Positions 6,014 through 16,573 of a stretch of DNA of 48,046 bases are shown piece after piece (the stretch's first letter is position 1; the number at the start of each line of letters is the position of its first letter). Below the pieces are notes generated by a model. That model saw only the letters and a list, made by a program, of their open reading frames with translations, ran no database searches and was not told where the DNA came from. A program made the position numbers and the translations under genes. The stretch is from a bacterium (GTDB lineage: Bacteria > Margulisbacteria > Marinamargulisbacteria > JABGVJ01), in NCBI GenBank assembly GCA_018646105.1, contig JABGVJ010000050.1:1-48046 (forward strand). The letters are read 5' to 3'.

Positions 6014-8113
6014 ATGGATATATTATATTCTTCCTCCATGTTATTTACTGCTATATTTAGTTTGGTTTTTTCTTTAGGAATTTATTTTAAAGGAAAAAAC
6101 AAGGTAATTAATAACACAGCCATATTCTTCTTTTTCACAATATTTATTTGGGCTTTAGGACGAGCTTTTATGGATATTTGTTCTACAAAGCAACTAGCTC
6201 TGTTTTTCCTTAAATTTTCTTATAGTGGCTCTGTATGGATGCCCTTAGCCTTTCTGTTATTTTGTTGGGCTATATTAGAAAAAAAGTTTAATAAACCCTT
6301 AGTTTTTATCTTGAGTTTGATTTCTTTTGTATTATTTATTTTAAATTTCTATGGTTATATTGTGATAGATTTACAGCCCAAATTAAACTTTCAATTTTAT
6401 GATGTTCCTGGGGGATATGCTTTTGAGTTTTTTTCTAATTATTACTCTCTTATTTTAGCTTATGCTTTTATAGAGCTTATTATAGGTATCATTAAAAACC
6501 AAGGACAAAAAAAAATTCAAATAATCTATTTACTAATAGCCTCTTTAATTGGTTTTGTACCATCATTTACAACCTTTCCCCTCGTTAAGGATATTCCCTT
6601 ATATCCTTTCGGGGTTCCTATAATCGCTTTTTATACTTTTATACTGGCTTTTGGGATCATTAAATATGAACTTGCAGATATTACCTTAATAATTAATAGA
6701 ATTTTAGCTTATTTTTTTGTTCTAATTTTTATAATACCAACTGTTTTAGTACCCCTTTATCTACCTATAAATTTTAGCCTTAAAACAATTATCGTTTGTT
6801 TCGTCACAATTTTTTGGGCTTTCGCAACTATTCCTTGCCATAAATTTTTAATAACTAAGGCCAAACGCAAATTTATCAAAGGCTACTACGACCCTGACGC
6901 TCCATTCAATATCATCTCTAAAAAACTAGCTAAGGAAAATGACCGAACAAAAATATTTAACATTATGGCTCAAGTGCTAGATAAACAAATGCAGTTTGAA
7001 AAAATCGCCGTTCTCTTAGCTGTCAGAACCAAGGATAAAATAAGTAAATATGTGTTCATAGAAAAAGAGCCAGAAACAAACAACACCCTAAATGAAGAAA
7101 CTTTAGAGCAAAATCACTCTGTTATCCAATTTTTGACTAAACAAATTAAACCTTTTTTTCTTAATCAAAAAGACCTGAAAACGGAAAATAAAGTGGCTAA
7201 ATTCTTCACCCATTATGACTTTCCTAAAAACACTTTTTGCTTACCCTTTGTTTCAGTCGATGGTTTAGAAGGAATGATTATCCTGGGTGAAAGAAGTTGC
7301 GGAATCATCCTAAAGCAAAAAGAATTGGATATCTTTGATACCATCATCAGTCATGTATCTGCGCTGCTGTATAAGTACACGTCTGTGGAAAAAGTTAGAA
7401 AAGAGTTTGAATCCAGTCAGAAACAACTCTTTGAAGAAAAAGAACAAAGAATAAGAGCGGAAAAAATCGCGTCTTTAGTGCGGACTACGCAGGAATGTCA
7501 GCATGAGATTAGGACACCGGTAGCTGCAATAAAATTATGGCTAAATGGATTATCGGAACATCCATCAACAAACGAAATTGAAGAATTTAGGAAAGTGGCA
7601 ATAAAGCATATCAATAGATTATTATATGTGGTAGATGCTAGTCTAAGTTTAGCTACTAATAAAAAAAAGCAACTGGAAAAAGTAAATATTAATGAGGTCA
7701 TAGAAGAAGCAACTACATTAATTCCTCCCTATGGTTATCATTTAGCAAAAAAATTAGAAGAAGTACCTTTAATCTTAGGCGTGAAGGCAGAATTGGTTAG
7801 TGTTTTCTTAAACTTTCTTAACAATGCTAAAAAAGCGATGCAAAAAAATGGAGGAACTTTGACCATTAAAAGCTTTTTTGATGAGAATAGTAAATATGTA
7901 ATTATCAAAGTTACTGATACTGGTGTAGGTATAGCGCCGGAAAACCTGGAAAGAATCTGGGAGCCATATTTTACCACAGACAAAACTTATGGGCATGGCT
8001 TGGGATTGAGTATTATACATCAGATTGTTCAGAGCTATAAAGGTATTGTCCAAGTAGAAAGTGTTTTGAAAAAAGGTACGACTTTTACTTTAAAATTCCC
8101 GGCGGAGAGATAA
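6014..8113 (+). CDS. Sensor histidine kinase with a polytopic N-terminal membrane sensor domain
   Basis: About 8 hydrophobic helices in the first ~280 aa, then a linker or GAF-like region. H-box is ECQHEIRTPVAAI. ATP-binding motifs are FLNNAKKAM (N box), DTGVGI (G1) and GHGLGLSI (G2). ATG at 6014 preferred over the TTG at 6008. Confidence 0.85.
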   Translation: MDILYSSSMLFTAIFSLVFSLGIYFKGKNKVINNTAIFFFFTIFIWALGRAFMDICSTKQLALFFLKFSYSGSVWMPLAFLLFCWAILEKKFNKPLVFILSLISFVLFILNFYGYIVIDLQPKLNFQFYDVPGGYAFEFFSNYYSLILAYAFIELIIGIIKNQGQKKIQIIYLLIASLIGFVPSFTTFPLVKDIPLYPFGVPIIAFYTFILAFGIIKYELADITLIINRILAYFFVLIFIIPTVLVPLYLPINFSLKTIIVCFVTIFWAFATIPCHKFLITKAKRKFIKGYYDPDAPFNIISKKLAKENDRTKIFNIMAQVLDKQMQFEKIAVLLAVRTKDKISKYVFIEKEPETNNTLNEETLEQNHSVIQFLTKQIKPFFLNQKDLKTENKVAKFFTHYDFPKNTFCLPFVSVDGLEGMIILGERSCGIILKQKELDIFDTIISHVSALLYKYTSVEKVRKEFESSQKQLFEEKEQRIRAEKIASLVRTTQECQHEIRTPVAAIKLWLNGLSEHPSTNEIEEFRKVAIKHINRLLYVVDASLSLATNKKKQLEKVNINEVIEEATTLIPPYGYHLAKKLEEVPLILGVKAELVSVFLNFLNNAKKAMQKNGGTLTIKSFFDENSKYVIIKVTDTGVGIAPENLERIWEPYFTTDKTYGHGLGLSIIHQIVQSYKGIVQVESVLKKGTTFTLKFPAER

Positions 8114-8115
8114 AC

Positions 8116-8526
8116 TTATTTTTCAAGAATTTCTTTTAAGGTGTCTTCTAATTGTGCTTTTGATATAGGCTTTATCAGAGTTGCTATATTTTGTTCTATC
8201 TCATTTTCATAGGCAGTAATATATACAACTGGAATATGTTTTAGAAAAAAATTTTTATGCTCGATCTTTTTTAATCTTTTAAGAAATTGAGTTCCATCCA
8301 TTTTCGGCATCCGCTGATCTAAACAAATACATTTTATATTGTTAGGACCTAAACCAAAAAAACGTTGATGTTTTTTTACTAACTTTAAGGCTTCGAAACC
8401 ATTTTCGGCGATAATAGCATGATAATTATTCTTTTTTTTATCTTTTATTTTGTTTATGATGCGAACAAAAATTTTCCCCAAATCAGGCTCGTCTTCAACT
8501 ACTAAAACTAATTTTTCTGTGTTCAT
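8116..8526 (-). CDS. Stand-alone response-regulator receiver domain (CheY-like)
   Basis: LVLVVEDEPD acidic pocket, CLDQRMPKMDG phospho-acceptor Asp motif, VVYITAY and K in LIKPIS. No output domain. Convergent with the kinase, with stops 2 nt apart. Confidence 0.85.
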   Translation of the reverse strand: MNTEKLVLVVEDEPDLGKIFVRIINKIKDKKKNNYHAIIAENGFEALKLVKKHQRFFGLGPNNIKCICLDQRMPKMDGTQFLKRLKKIEHKNFFLKHIPVVYITAYENEIEQNIATLIKPISKAQLEDTLKEILEK

Positions 8527-8657
8527 TTTTTTACTCCTAAAAATATTAGAAAACTATATTATTATTATAAAGCTTTTCTAACTTATTTAAAAAATAAAGA
8601 ATATTAAAGCGAGCCCTTCTTTTTCTGGAACACCCCTTTTATGCTTAAACCAAATAA

Positions 8658-10103
8658 TTATGGAGCCGCTTCCAACCAAGCCTTTTCTATAATCTCGTCA
8701 GGAATAGGTTTAATAAAACCTTTATTTTCCATTAAATCCTGTATTTGTCTTATTAATTCAATATCGTGTTTTGCCCGTGCAAACACCTCTTTAGAAGTTA
8801 TTTTTTTTCGCGCTACCCCGTCTTTTTGAGCTTGCTCAGCCACTGCCGCAGCCACCGTGGGTACCAGTTCCCAATCTGCCATTGTAGGCATTATATTGTC
8901 CGCGCTCAAATCCTGATCCTTAATATAGTTCGCAATCGCCCTAGACGCAGCTATCGCCATAGCATCCGTTATTTTACGTGCTCGTACCAATAAAGTCCCC
9001 TTCAAAATCCCCGGAAAACCCAAAGAATTATTTACCTGATTTGGAAAATCACTTCTTCCCGTTGCTACAATATATGCACCGGCTGCCTTAGCTGCATAAG
9101 GATAAATTTCCGGTACCGGATTAGCACACGCAAACACAATTGCTTTTTGTCCCATCAAACTTATCCATTCCGGTTTAATCGTATCTGGTCCCGGCTTTGA
9201 CAAGGCAATCAAAACATCAGCTCCTTTTAAAGCCTCTTCAATCTTATTTATTTTTTGTGGATTAGTTTTTTGACAAATTTCCCATTGTTTATACAATCTA
9301 GTATCTTGCGCAAACTCCTGTCGATCCACATGCAATCCGCCTTTACTATTTAAAACAATCATATTTTTAGGATTACCACCAATCTGCCAAATCAAATTAA
9401 TTACCGAAGTATTAGCCGCACCCACCCCAAAAAAAACCATTTTGACATCTTCTATCTTTTTTTCAGTCAGTTTCAAAGCGTTCAGCAAGCCCGCCAAAGT
9501 CACACAAGCTGTTCCCTGCGCATCATCATGCCAAACTGGAATCTCACTTTCTTCTCTAAGGGTATCTAATACTTGATAACAATTCGGTGAAGATATATCT
9601 TCCAAATTAATAGCGCCAAAACTAGGCGCACACATTTTAACAAAATCTATTAGTTTACTTGCTGTAGGTTGGCCCTGCTCATCTTTACTATTCACACAAA
9701 GCGCTGTCGCATCTACCCCCCCTAAAAATTTCATTAACAAAGCTTTACCTTCCATTACCCCCAAACCACCTGGCGGCGTACAATCCCCGTCCCCCAAAAC
9801 TCTCGTAGAATCACTGACCACCGCTACTGAATTATGTCTATTGGATAACGAAAAAGATAATTCATTGTTTTCCCTAATCGCTCTGGATACCGAAGCCACG
9901 CCCGGCGTATACCAAATACTAAAAAGTAAAGGATGCCGCAAAGAAACTTTGGGCATAACCATCATCTTACCCTCATAAAAAGCGTGTGTTAATAAAGCTA
10001 ACTTCTGCAAAAACCTAGTTTGCGTCTCTGCCTTTTGTTTAGCTGTTATATCCAATTTCTCTAAATTATCCAATTTTTCTTGAATCATATTTTTTAAAAG
10101 CAT
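8658..10103 (-). CDS. NAD(P)-dependent malic enzyme
   Basis: WYTPGVASVSRAI, VVSDSTRVLGDGD, GVMEGKALLMKF, INLEDISSPNCY, WHDDAQGTA and FFGVGAANTS are the characteristic short malic-enzyme motifs. Start moved to the ATG at 10103, which is preceded by gagagggaag (SD). Confidence 0.9.
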   Translation of the reverse strand: MLLKNMIQEKLDNLEKLDITAKQKAETQTRFLQKLALLTHAFYEGKMMVMPKVSLRHPLLFSIWYTPGVASVSRAIRENNELSFSLSNRHNSVAVVSDSTRVLGDGDCTPPGGLGVMEGKALLMKFLGGVDATALCVNSKDEQGQPTASKLIDFVKMCAPSFGAINLEDISSPNCYQVLDTLREESEIPVWHDDAQGTACVTLAGLLNALKLTEKKIEDVKMVFFGVGAANTSVINLIWQIGGNPKNMIVLNSKGGLHVDRQEFAQDTRLYKQWEICQKTNPQKINKIEEALKGADVLIALSKPGPDTIKPEWISLMGQKAIVFACANPVPEIYPYAAKAAGAYIVATGRSDFPNQVNNSLGFPGILKGTLLVRARKITDAMAIAASRAIANYIKDQDLSADNIMPTMADWELVPTVAAAVAEQAQKDGVARKKITSKEVFARAKHDIELIRQIQDLMENKGFIKPIPDEIIEKAWLEAAP

Positions 10104-10116
10104 TTTCTTCCCTCTC

Positions 10117-11094
10117 TTAACCTTTTTTAATTTTCCCAAAAAACTTTAATACCTGAAATAAAAAGGGAACTCTTTGTAATAAACCACAACTTGAAAAAAA
10201 ACTATATTTATACAAATTACGTGACCACTGCAAATTTTTCAAATAAAACTCTTGATCCCCTCGCAACCAACATTTATACGCTACGGAAAGCGCCGCCTTC
10301 GCCTTTTTTTTCTGATACACTAACCTATCTGCTGCTGTTACCTCTACCTTTTCCAATACCTGATCCAAAATCGCAAACGAAGTTGGTATGGTCACTGCGG
10401 TTTCATACAAACAACTACCTTGCCCGCTATGCATACGATAAATCGTTAAAGGCTTCATAATAATACCCAATTTATAGCCATGCAACAAAATATTAATCCA
10501 CATTTCCGTATCCTGGTTCAAAGCATATTTTTCCGTAAAAAACCCCACTTCTGGCCAAAGCTTTTTTCTAGCCATAAAACTAGGACAAATAAAAAAATTA
10601 TTATATTTCAATAAAGTAGGTAAATAAAACTGCAAATCCCCCATTACCATATCTTCGTCATATAATGGCAATTCTGCTAAAAAAAGATTTTTAGGCTGTT
10701 TAAGCTGCTCTCCTCTTTTTATTTTCATCAAAGTAAACACGCCTGCCAATTCCGGATACTTCAACAATTTAGCTATTTCCGTCGCCACCATTTCCGGTTC
10801 ATAAACATCATCAGCATGGTATAAAGCTACATAATCAGCCTTAGCAGCTCTAATCAAACGATTACAATTTTCGGCAAACTCCTTATTCTCCTTGTTTTTT
10901 AATAATCTTATTCTTTTATCTTGTCGCTGCAACTTTTCAACTATGGCCACACTATTATCTGTCGAACAATTATCAGAAACCAAAATTTCCAGATTCTTAT
11001 ATGTTTGTTTCATTAATGAAACTAAAACTTCTTCCAAATATCGAGCCCCATTATAATTAGGGATACCTACGGTTACCAAAATATCTTGAGCCAT
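10117..11094 (-). CDS. Family 2 glycosyltransferase
   Basis: VTVGIPNYNGARYLEEVLVSLMKQTYKNLEILVSDNCSTDNS, then YHADDVY (DxD-like). The ATG at 11094 overlaps the upstream TGA by 1 nt (TGATG). The ORF-track start at 11115 is also possible. Confidence 0.85.
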   Translation of the reverse strand: MAQDILVTVGIPNYNGARYLEEVLVSLMKQTYKNLEILVSDNCSTDNSVAIVEKLQRQDKRIRLLKNKENKEFAENCNRLIRAAKADYVALYHADDVYEPEMVATEIAKLLKYPELAGVFTLMKIKRGEQLKQPKNLFLAELPLYDEDMVMGDLQFYLPTLLKYNNFFICPSFMARKKLWPEVGFFTEKYALNQDTEMWINILLHGYKLGIIMKPLTIYRMHSGQGSCLYETAVTIPTSFAILDQVLEKVEVTAADRLVYQKKKAKAALSVAYKCWLRGDQEFYLKNLQWSRNLYKYSFFSSCGLLQRVPFLFQVLKFFGKIKKG

Positions 11095-11801
11095 CAATAT
11101 ATAGTCACCTCCCAAGAAATCAAATCCGCGCCTGCCGGAACATTTTCTTCTTCAAACTCATTTTCACTTTGTCCGGAAATTTTATTTTCCAAAACTATCG
11201 TTTCCGTACTTTGTTCCAATATCTCACCTGTACTTTTATCCGCTATCACCAAATTAACAAAAATATAATCACCTACTTCAGACAAATCATTCAACCCAAA
11301 ACTCATTAAAAAAACCTTGCCTGAAGTAGCGTTCGTTGGACTAAAACTTATCTTATCCACATAATTAAAATGCGCATCTTCATCAGTATCAGCCGCAAAC
11401 TTGTCTCCGGAATTACATAAATACAAACTAGCATTTTGATACCTTATATAGTCTGACCAAGTAGAAAAATATAAACTGTAATAATATTCAATCCCTACCC
11501 CTAAAGAAACCGCATCCACAATATTCTCATTATATAATTGGCCAGGAAAAGGCAAATAATCGCCGGTATAAGGTATCAAAGGATCCACACTATTAGAAAA
11601 AATAACATAATATACATATCTACCCGTATCCACACTTTCTCTAAACTGAGCCTGTATTTGTATATTTTCTCCTCTATATGGCCGCTCGACTACCGTACGC
11701 GCACAACCACTCACCATAATCAACAACCCAATTAAAACCGCCTTAAAAAAAATATCAGGCTTTCCTCGCCAGACTCTAAAAACGATTCTCAGCTTTGTCA
11801 T
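11094..11801 (-). CDS. Predicted lipoprotein of unknown function, immediately downstream of lptD
   Basis: N-terminal basic region, then a hydrophobic helix ending in the lipobox-like IMVSGC. Overlaps the 3' end of lptD by 26 nt. No other motif recognised. Confidence 0.6.
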   Translation of the reverse strand: MTKLRIVFRVWRGKPDIFFKAVLIGLLIMVSGCARTVVERPYRGENIQIQAQFRESVDTGRYVYYVIFSNSVDPLIPYTGDYLPFPGQLYNENIVDAVSLGVGIEYYYSLYFSTWSDYIRYQNASLYLCNSGDKFAADTDEDAHFNYVDKISFSPTNATSGKVFLMSFGLNDLSEVGDYIFVNLVIADKSTGEILEQSTETIVLENKISGQSENEFEEENVPAGADLISWEVTIY

Positions 11802-14121
11802 CTAATACCCCTTCCAATTTCAAGGACTCTCGATCATTCGTCACTAAACCTAAAGTATCGTTTTCAAACGCATTAATCGAAAACACTACCCGAAACTCAT
11901 GCAAAATATTACTATATACCAATTTCAGTTTTCGACAATGTAAATCCTTCACTGCCACCAAAGAATCCAAAGAATATATTTGGTTAAAGGGATTATATCT
12001 AAACTGAGCTGTTAGTTCCCACTTATCTTCCCAAGTATTTCCAGTTAATAAATATATCTTATTGCTTAAAGATTCTAATTTTGTCTCATTTATATTATAT
12101 TTTAAATAAAAATTCAAATTAACCCTACTATTAGGTTTAATATTAAGCGAACTAATCAAAGGATAAAAAACATCAGTTGCCGTTCTCCTGTTTTCAAAAA
12201 ACTTATACCCTGTTTTCAAATTCAACTTAGTTTTAAGATTCAAAAAATACCATTGTATCTCTGTTTTATAATCATCTTTTTGTTTATTTAACAAATCATA
12301 CCCCATTGAATTGTGCCACACCGTATCAAAAGTATACCATTGACGATCATCGGCTCCTTTAATCGTCCAAATCAATTTTTCCTGCACCTGCTCTAAAACC
12401 AATCCCGTTTTAGTAAAACTATCAAAAAAGAAAGGGGAATTACCATCCGCGTATTTTTTTTGATAATCTGTCTCTATCCTTACCCCCTGCCAAGGAAAAA
12501 ATTTGTATAAAATTTGTTGATCTACCGTATAAGATTGATCTCCAGTTTCATAAAGATACTGAGCATAACCAAATTTAGTTTGTAGTTTCGAAAAAGGTAA
12601 ATCAACAGACCAGCCCAAATTATGTTTGCTCATATATCGGTTATTTGCAAAAAACCTTCCTATACTTGCCCCGGGCAACAAATACGATTCCTGAAATCTA
12701 CCCGCACCCACAATGCTTTGCCACCAAAAACCCTCATATTTCACTTTTTTCAGGCTTAAAGTAATTTCCGGTATTTTCCGTAAAAAATTATTTGTTCTCT
12801 CCTCATTTACTAAATCAAAAAAATACCTAAAATTAACCGTCAACTTACCAATATCCACCAATTGTTTTTTCAAAACCGTATCTGTCATCAAATACGTTAA
12901 ACGCGTATCATCGCTCAAATCAGTCTGGCTTTCATAATTAAACTTATTAGACATCTCTACATCTATAGGTAACAACATATACTGTTGCACCAAAATTTCA
13001 GCCGCTTCTTTAGTTTTATAATCCCGCTTCTGATACTTTACTTGCCAATCTTTCTTTTTAGCTTTTTGAGAAGCATATTTAATAGTTAATCCTTTAACCT
13101 GCTGTGCGAAATTCTGATTTTCTACTACACTCCCCCAATATTTAAGATCATTTGTTTTATATGTCAAAGAAAGAGATTTATCCAAACGCTCTTTTCTAGC
13201 CCCTGAAACCAAATATCCATCAACATCTTTATAACTATGCCGCAAACTAAAATCATCACTAAAATCTATCTGTTGATCCCATTGCCAAATTCTACTATAT
13301 CTACCTGTATCTCTTTCCGGTACCCCATAATATAATAAAAAACCTTGATACTGATCATTTACTACATAATTTTGTTTTATTCCCAGACCCGTCCCTTTTT
13401 TCTCCAGCCAATCCCAATACAATTTGCCATAAAAATATTCATTATAAAAATAATCCCAAGCTGTACGTACAAACCAGCCTTCTACCGCATTTTTACCAAT
13501 TAAAGGCATCAAAAAAGACATTCTACGTCGTGTTAAATCATAGTTATATACTGGTATCCAAAAATAAAACGGGATATTAAAAATAGGATTATAAAAAATA
13601 TTATTAAAACCTACGATACGTTTTTCTTTATAATAAATAAAATTATCAGACCATAAATAATAATGTTCCGGTGTTAAATCACAAGTAGTCAGGTATCCGT
13701 CATGCCCATTCACCACGTCTCCTGTATCCGTCACTTCTTTGGCTTTAAGATAAAGATGCCCTTTTCCTACCTTCTCCAATTTTACAGTAGCCCTTAAATC
13801 TTCTAGTTTAGTCACCTTTTTGGTCAAATCAAGTTCTACCAATTTTGCTTGATACGTCTTTTCATTTTGCCACATCTCTACATTTTGACCTTTAGCCCAC
13901 ACCATATTTTTCTGCAAATCATATTGCAAAACATCTGATTCCAGCTTCAAATCCGCGTATTTAAAAACCACATTACCGGAAGCTTCCATATACTGGCCGT
14001 CTTCTTTATAATGCATTTTATCCGCTTTCACTCTAGCTACGTCTTCTGCAAACATCAAAAAAAAAGGGGAAAATAAAATCAAAAAAACTAATCCGTAAAT
14101 ACTCTTCATTTGATTAGTCAC
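11776..14121 (-). CDS. lptD: LPS-assembly outer-membrane protein LptD (OstA family)
   Basis: Signal peptide, then an OstA-like N-terminal domain (ADKMHYKEDGQYMEASGNVVFKYADLKLESDVLQYDLQKNMVWAKGNV). This is followed by ~600 aa rich in alternating aromatic/polar beta-strand sequence, with a C-terminal aromatic residue (..ENRF). Confidence 0.8.
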   Translation of the reverse strand: MTNQMKSIYGLVFLILFSPFFLMFAEDVARVKADKMHYKEDGQYMEASGNVVFKYADLKLESDVLQYDLQKNMVWAKGQNVEMWQNEKTYQAKLVELDLTKKVTKLEDLRATVKLEKVGKGHLYLKAKEVTDTGDVVNGHDGYLTTCDLTPEHYYLWSDNFIYYKEKRIVGFNNIFYNPIFNIPFYFWIPVYNYDLTRRRMSFLMPLIGKNAVEGWFVRTAWDYFYNEYFYGKLYWDWLEKKGTGLGIKQNYVVNDQYQGFLLYYGVPERDTGRYSRIWQWDQQIDFSDDFSLRHSYKDVDGYLVSGARKERLDKSLSLTYKTNDLKYWGSVVENQNFAQQVKGLTIKYASQKAKKKDWQVKYQKRDYKTKEAAEILVQQYMLLPIDVEMSNKFNYESQTDLSDDTRLTYLMTDTVLKKQLVDIGKLTVNFRYFFDLVNEERTNNFLRKIPEITLSLKKVKYEGFWWQSIVGAGRFQESYLLPGASIGRFFANNRYMSKHNLGWSVDLPFSKLQTKFGYAQYLYETGDQSYTVDQQILYKFFPWQGVRIETDYQKKYADGNSPFFFDSFTKTGLVLEQVQEKLIWTIKGADDRQWYTFDTVWHNSMGYDLLNKQKDDYKTEIQWYFLNLKTKLNLKTGYKFFENRRTATDVFYPLISSLNIKPNSRVNLNFYLKYNINETKLESLSNKIYLLTGNTWEDKWELTAQFRYNPFNQIYSLDSLVAVKDLHCRKLKLVYSNILHEFRVVFSINAFENDTLGLVTNDRESLKLEGVLDDKAENRF

Positions 14122-16567
14122 TTACCAAAATCAAACTATTTTTAATCCAATCTACAAATCCAAAAGATTCCCTCTTGAGATAATTCATTCTTCTTTGGAT
14201 AAGATAAAAAGTATTTTCGGCTTCTGCAGCTTTCTGCCAACAATAAAAAGCCTTAATAATATCATGTTGTTTAAAATGCACATCCCCTAAATTCAGATGC
14301 GCCAAATAATTATCTTTATTCAAATCCAAACATTTTTTAAAATGCTCTTTTGCTTTATCCAAATCACTTCGTTTCATTTCCAGTAAACCTGTCAATAAAT
14401 ACAATAAATCCAGTTTTTTATCTAAAAACTTCACCCGATCCAAATACTTTTGCGCTTCCTCATAATTTTTTCGCGAAATATAAAGTAAAGCCAAATTACA
14501 ATGCGCGGTCACAAAAGTAGGGTCCAACTGAACAGCTAAAAGAAATTCCTCTTCTGCTGATTTAAAATTTTGCTGCAACATATACTCTACACCTTGATTA
14601 TTATGCGGATGAGCAAAACTAATATTTTGCCAATTCTTCTTTTTCCTCAAAAGTTTTTCTGCTTCTTTACTTTTCACAATCAACAAAGACAAACTTTCAT
14701 CTTCTAGCATATTACCGCAGGCCGCCAAAGACTTACCACTAAGATCCAAAAAACTTTCCTGTTTAAATTTAGTTACTAAATTTTTAATATTAGGGAAATT
14801 AATATCCTGCATCATCACAGTTTCCAAAACTTTTACTGCCTCTGCAATATTACCCATATTAATATAATTCATCGCCAACAAATATCTCGTCATATTCGCC
14901 AACGAAAGTTCCTTTTCCGTCAAATTAGCCAAAACCGCCAAAAATTTCTCAATCGCCAAATCAAACCGATTTAATTCAAAAAAACAACGTCCAATCAAAA
15001 TCTGTGCTCTTACTTTCAAATCTTCTTTTTCATTTATTTGCTGGAAATTTTCTAAAGCTCTATAAATATCCCCTCTTCTTAAACATAATAAGCCCAATTC
15101 AAAACGAGATTTATCTTTATCAATTTCTTTTTTACTTGGCTCTTCTTTTTTAGCAATTTCTCTTAAACAAACATCTTGCTGTAATTCTTTAATTTGAATA
15201 TGTAATTCCCAAGAATGCTTATAATGCTTCAAAGCCTCAAATAACACATCCATAGCCTTCGAATATCTATCTGTTTTTTTCAATATTTCTACCTGCAAAA
15301 AACGTCCGGGTAAATCAAAATCTGTCTGCCAAAGCTTAGTGCTTTCCTCCAAACTTTTCTCCAAATCACCATGCGCGAAATAAGCTTTACTTAACACATA
15401 TTGCGCATAATTTTTCGTCTCTATAGAATTTTCCAAGCAATAAAGCGTTTTCTCTTTTAAAATCTCAAATTCTTCCTTATTTTCATCTACCAAAATCGTT
15501 AAATTATCCAAGGCTTTTCGATATTTTACTTTTTTAATATAAATATCTGTCAAAAGCATCAAAGCTAAAATCTGTTTCGGAAACTTTTCTAAAATTTTGT
15601 ATAGTATGTCAATTAATCGGTCTAACTCCAAATAATTTTGCTGGAAAACTTTCTGCAAATTCGCAACTGATTCCGTATACTGATCTGTTTCATACAAAGC
15701 CACCGCTAAACCCAACAATATTTCCGCTGTATCCGGATATAGAGCTAAAGCATCTTTATATATTTTCACTATTACAGAAGCTTGGGTATGGTCTATCCTT
15801 AAAATATCTTCTAAATATTTTACAATCGCTAATGGCTTCCGGTATTTGATACAAATATTCACCAAAATATATCTGATCTTGATATTCTGTGAATCTAACC
15901 GCAACAATTTTTCACACCCGCTCAAAGCCGCTTCTAAATGCGAAATAGATAACCCCACCAGTTGTTCGTACATCAAAGCTGCTTTTTCGTATTCTTCGAT
16001 CTTAGGATACAATTCTGCCAAAACTTTATAGGCGGTCACTCTCTGTGGAAAATACTTGATAATTTTTTGATATAAAACAATGTTTTTTTCCACATTATTT
16101 TCTTCCATATAAATTTTAGCTAATAAATCTAAAACTACCGGGTCCAAAATATCTTTATAAAAAACATCTTCAAATATCTCTTTAATTCCCTCTGCTAAAG
16201 GCTCTTTATAATAAACTTTACTTAACAAGAAAAAAGCAGGCGCAAAATCACTCTCTATATCTAATAATTCTTCCAGTTCACAAACCGTGTCTTTATAATA
16301 ATCTGCTGTAAAATAAACTTGCGCAATTAAATAACGTAATTTCAAATCATCTAATCTACCCAAAAGCTTTTTATATAAGCTAATCAAAATATCCGGAGCC
16401 ATTTCCGGCTTTCTATCTACTAACAGCTTCAATCTTTCAAAAGCCTGTTCATATTCTCCACGATTAACCAAAATCATGCCTTCTTGTTGCAGATTCTCAA
16501 CTACATTTGGTTTTGTGTTTTTAATCACTGTTGAAATCATACTCTCCAACCTTTTTTCTACTGCCAA
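14114..16567 (-). CDS. Tetratricopeptide-repeat (TPR) protein
   Basis: 817 aa with many 34-aa helical repeats of A/Y/L pattern, for example YLLAMNYINMGNIAEAVKVLETV, AHCNLALLYISRKNYEEAQKYLDRV and AHLNLGDVHFKQHDIIKAFYCWQKA. Overlaps the lptD start by 8 nt. Confidence 0.8.
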   Translation of the reverse strand: MAVEKRLESMISTVIKNTKPNVVENLQQEGMILVNRGEYEQAFERLKLLVDRKPEMAPDILISLYKKLLGRLDDLKLRYLIAQVYFTADYYKDTVCELEELLDIESDFAPAFFLLSKVYYKEPLAEGIKEIFEDVFYKDILDPVVLDLLAKIYMEENNVEKNIVLYQKIIKYFPQRVTAYKVLAELYPKIEEYEKAALMYEQLVGLSISHLEAALSGCEKLLRLDSQNIKIRYILVNICIKYRKPLAIVKYLEDILRIDHTQASVIVKIYKDALALYPDTAEILLGLAVALYETDQYTESVANLQKVFQQNYLELDRLIDILYKILEKFPKQILALMLLTDIYIKKVKYRKALDNLTILVDENKEEFEILKEKTLYCLENSIETKNYAQYVLSKAYFAHGDLEKSLEESTKLWQTDFDLPGRFLQVEILKKTDRYSKAMDVLFEALKHYKHSWELHIQIKELQQDVCLREIAKKEEPSKKEIDKDKSRFELGLLCLRRGDIYRALENFQQINEKEDLKVRAQILIGRCFFELNRFDLAIEKFLAVLANLTEKELSLANMTRYLLAMNYINMGNIAEAVKVLETVMMQDINFPNIKNLVTKFKQESFLDLSGKSLAACGNMLEDESLSLLIVKSKEAEKLLRKKKNWQNISFAHPHNNQGVEYMLQQNFKSAEEEFLLAVQLDPTFVTAHCNLALLYISRKNYEEAQKYLDRVKFLDKKLDLLYLLTGLLEMKRSDLDKAKEHFKKCLDLNKDNYLAHLNLGDVHFKQHDIIKAFYCWQKAAEAENTFYLIQRRMNYLKRESFGFVDWIKNSLILVSD

Positions 16568-16573
16568 ATTTTT

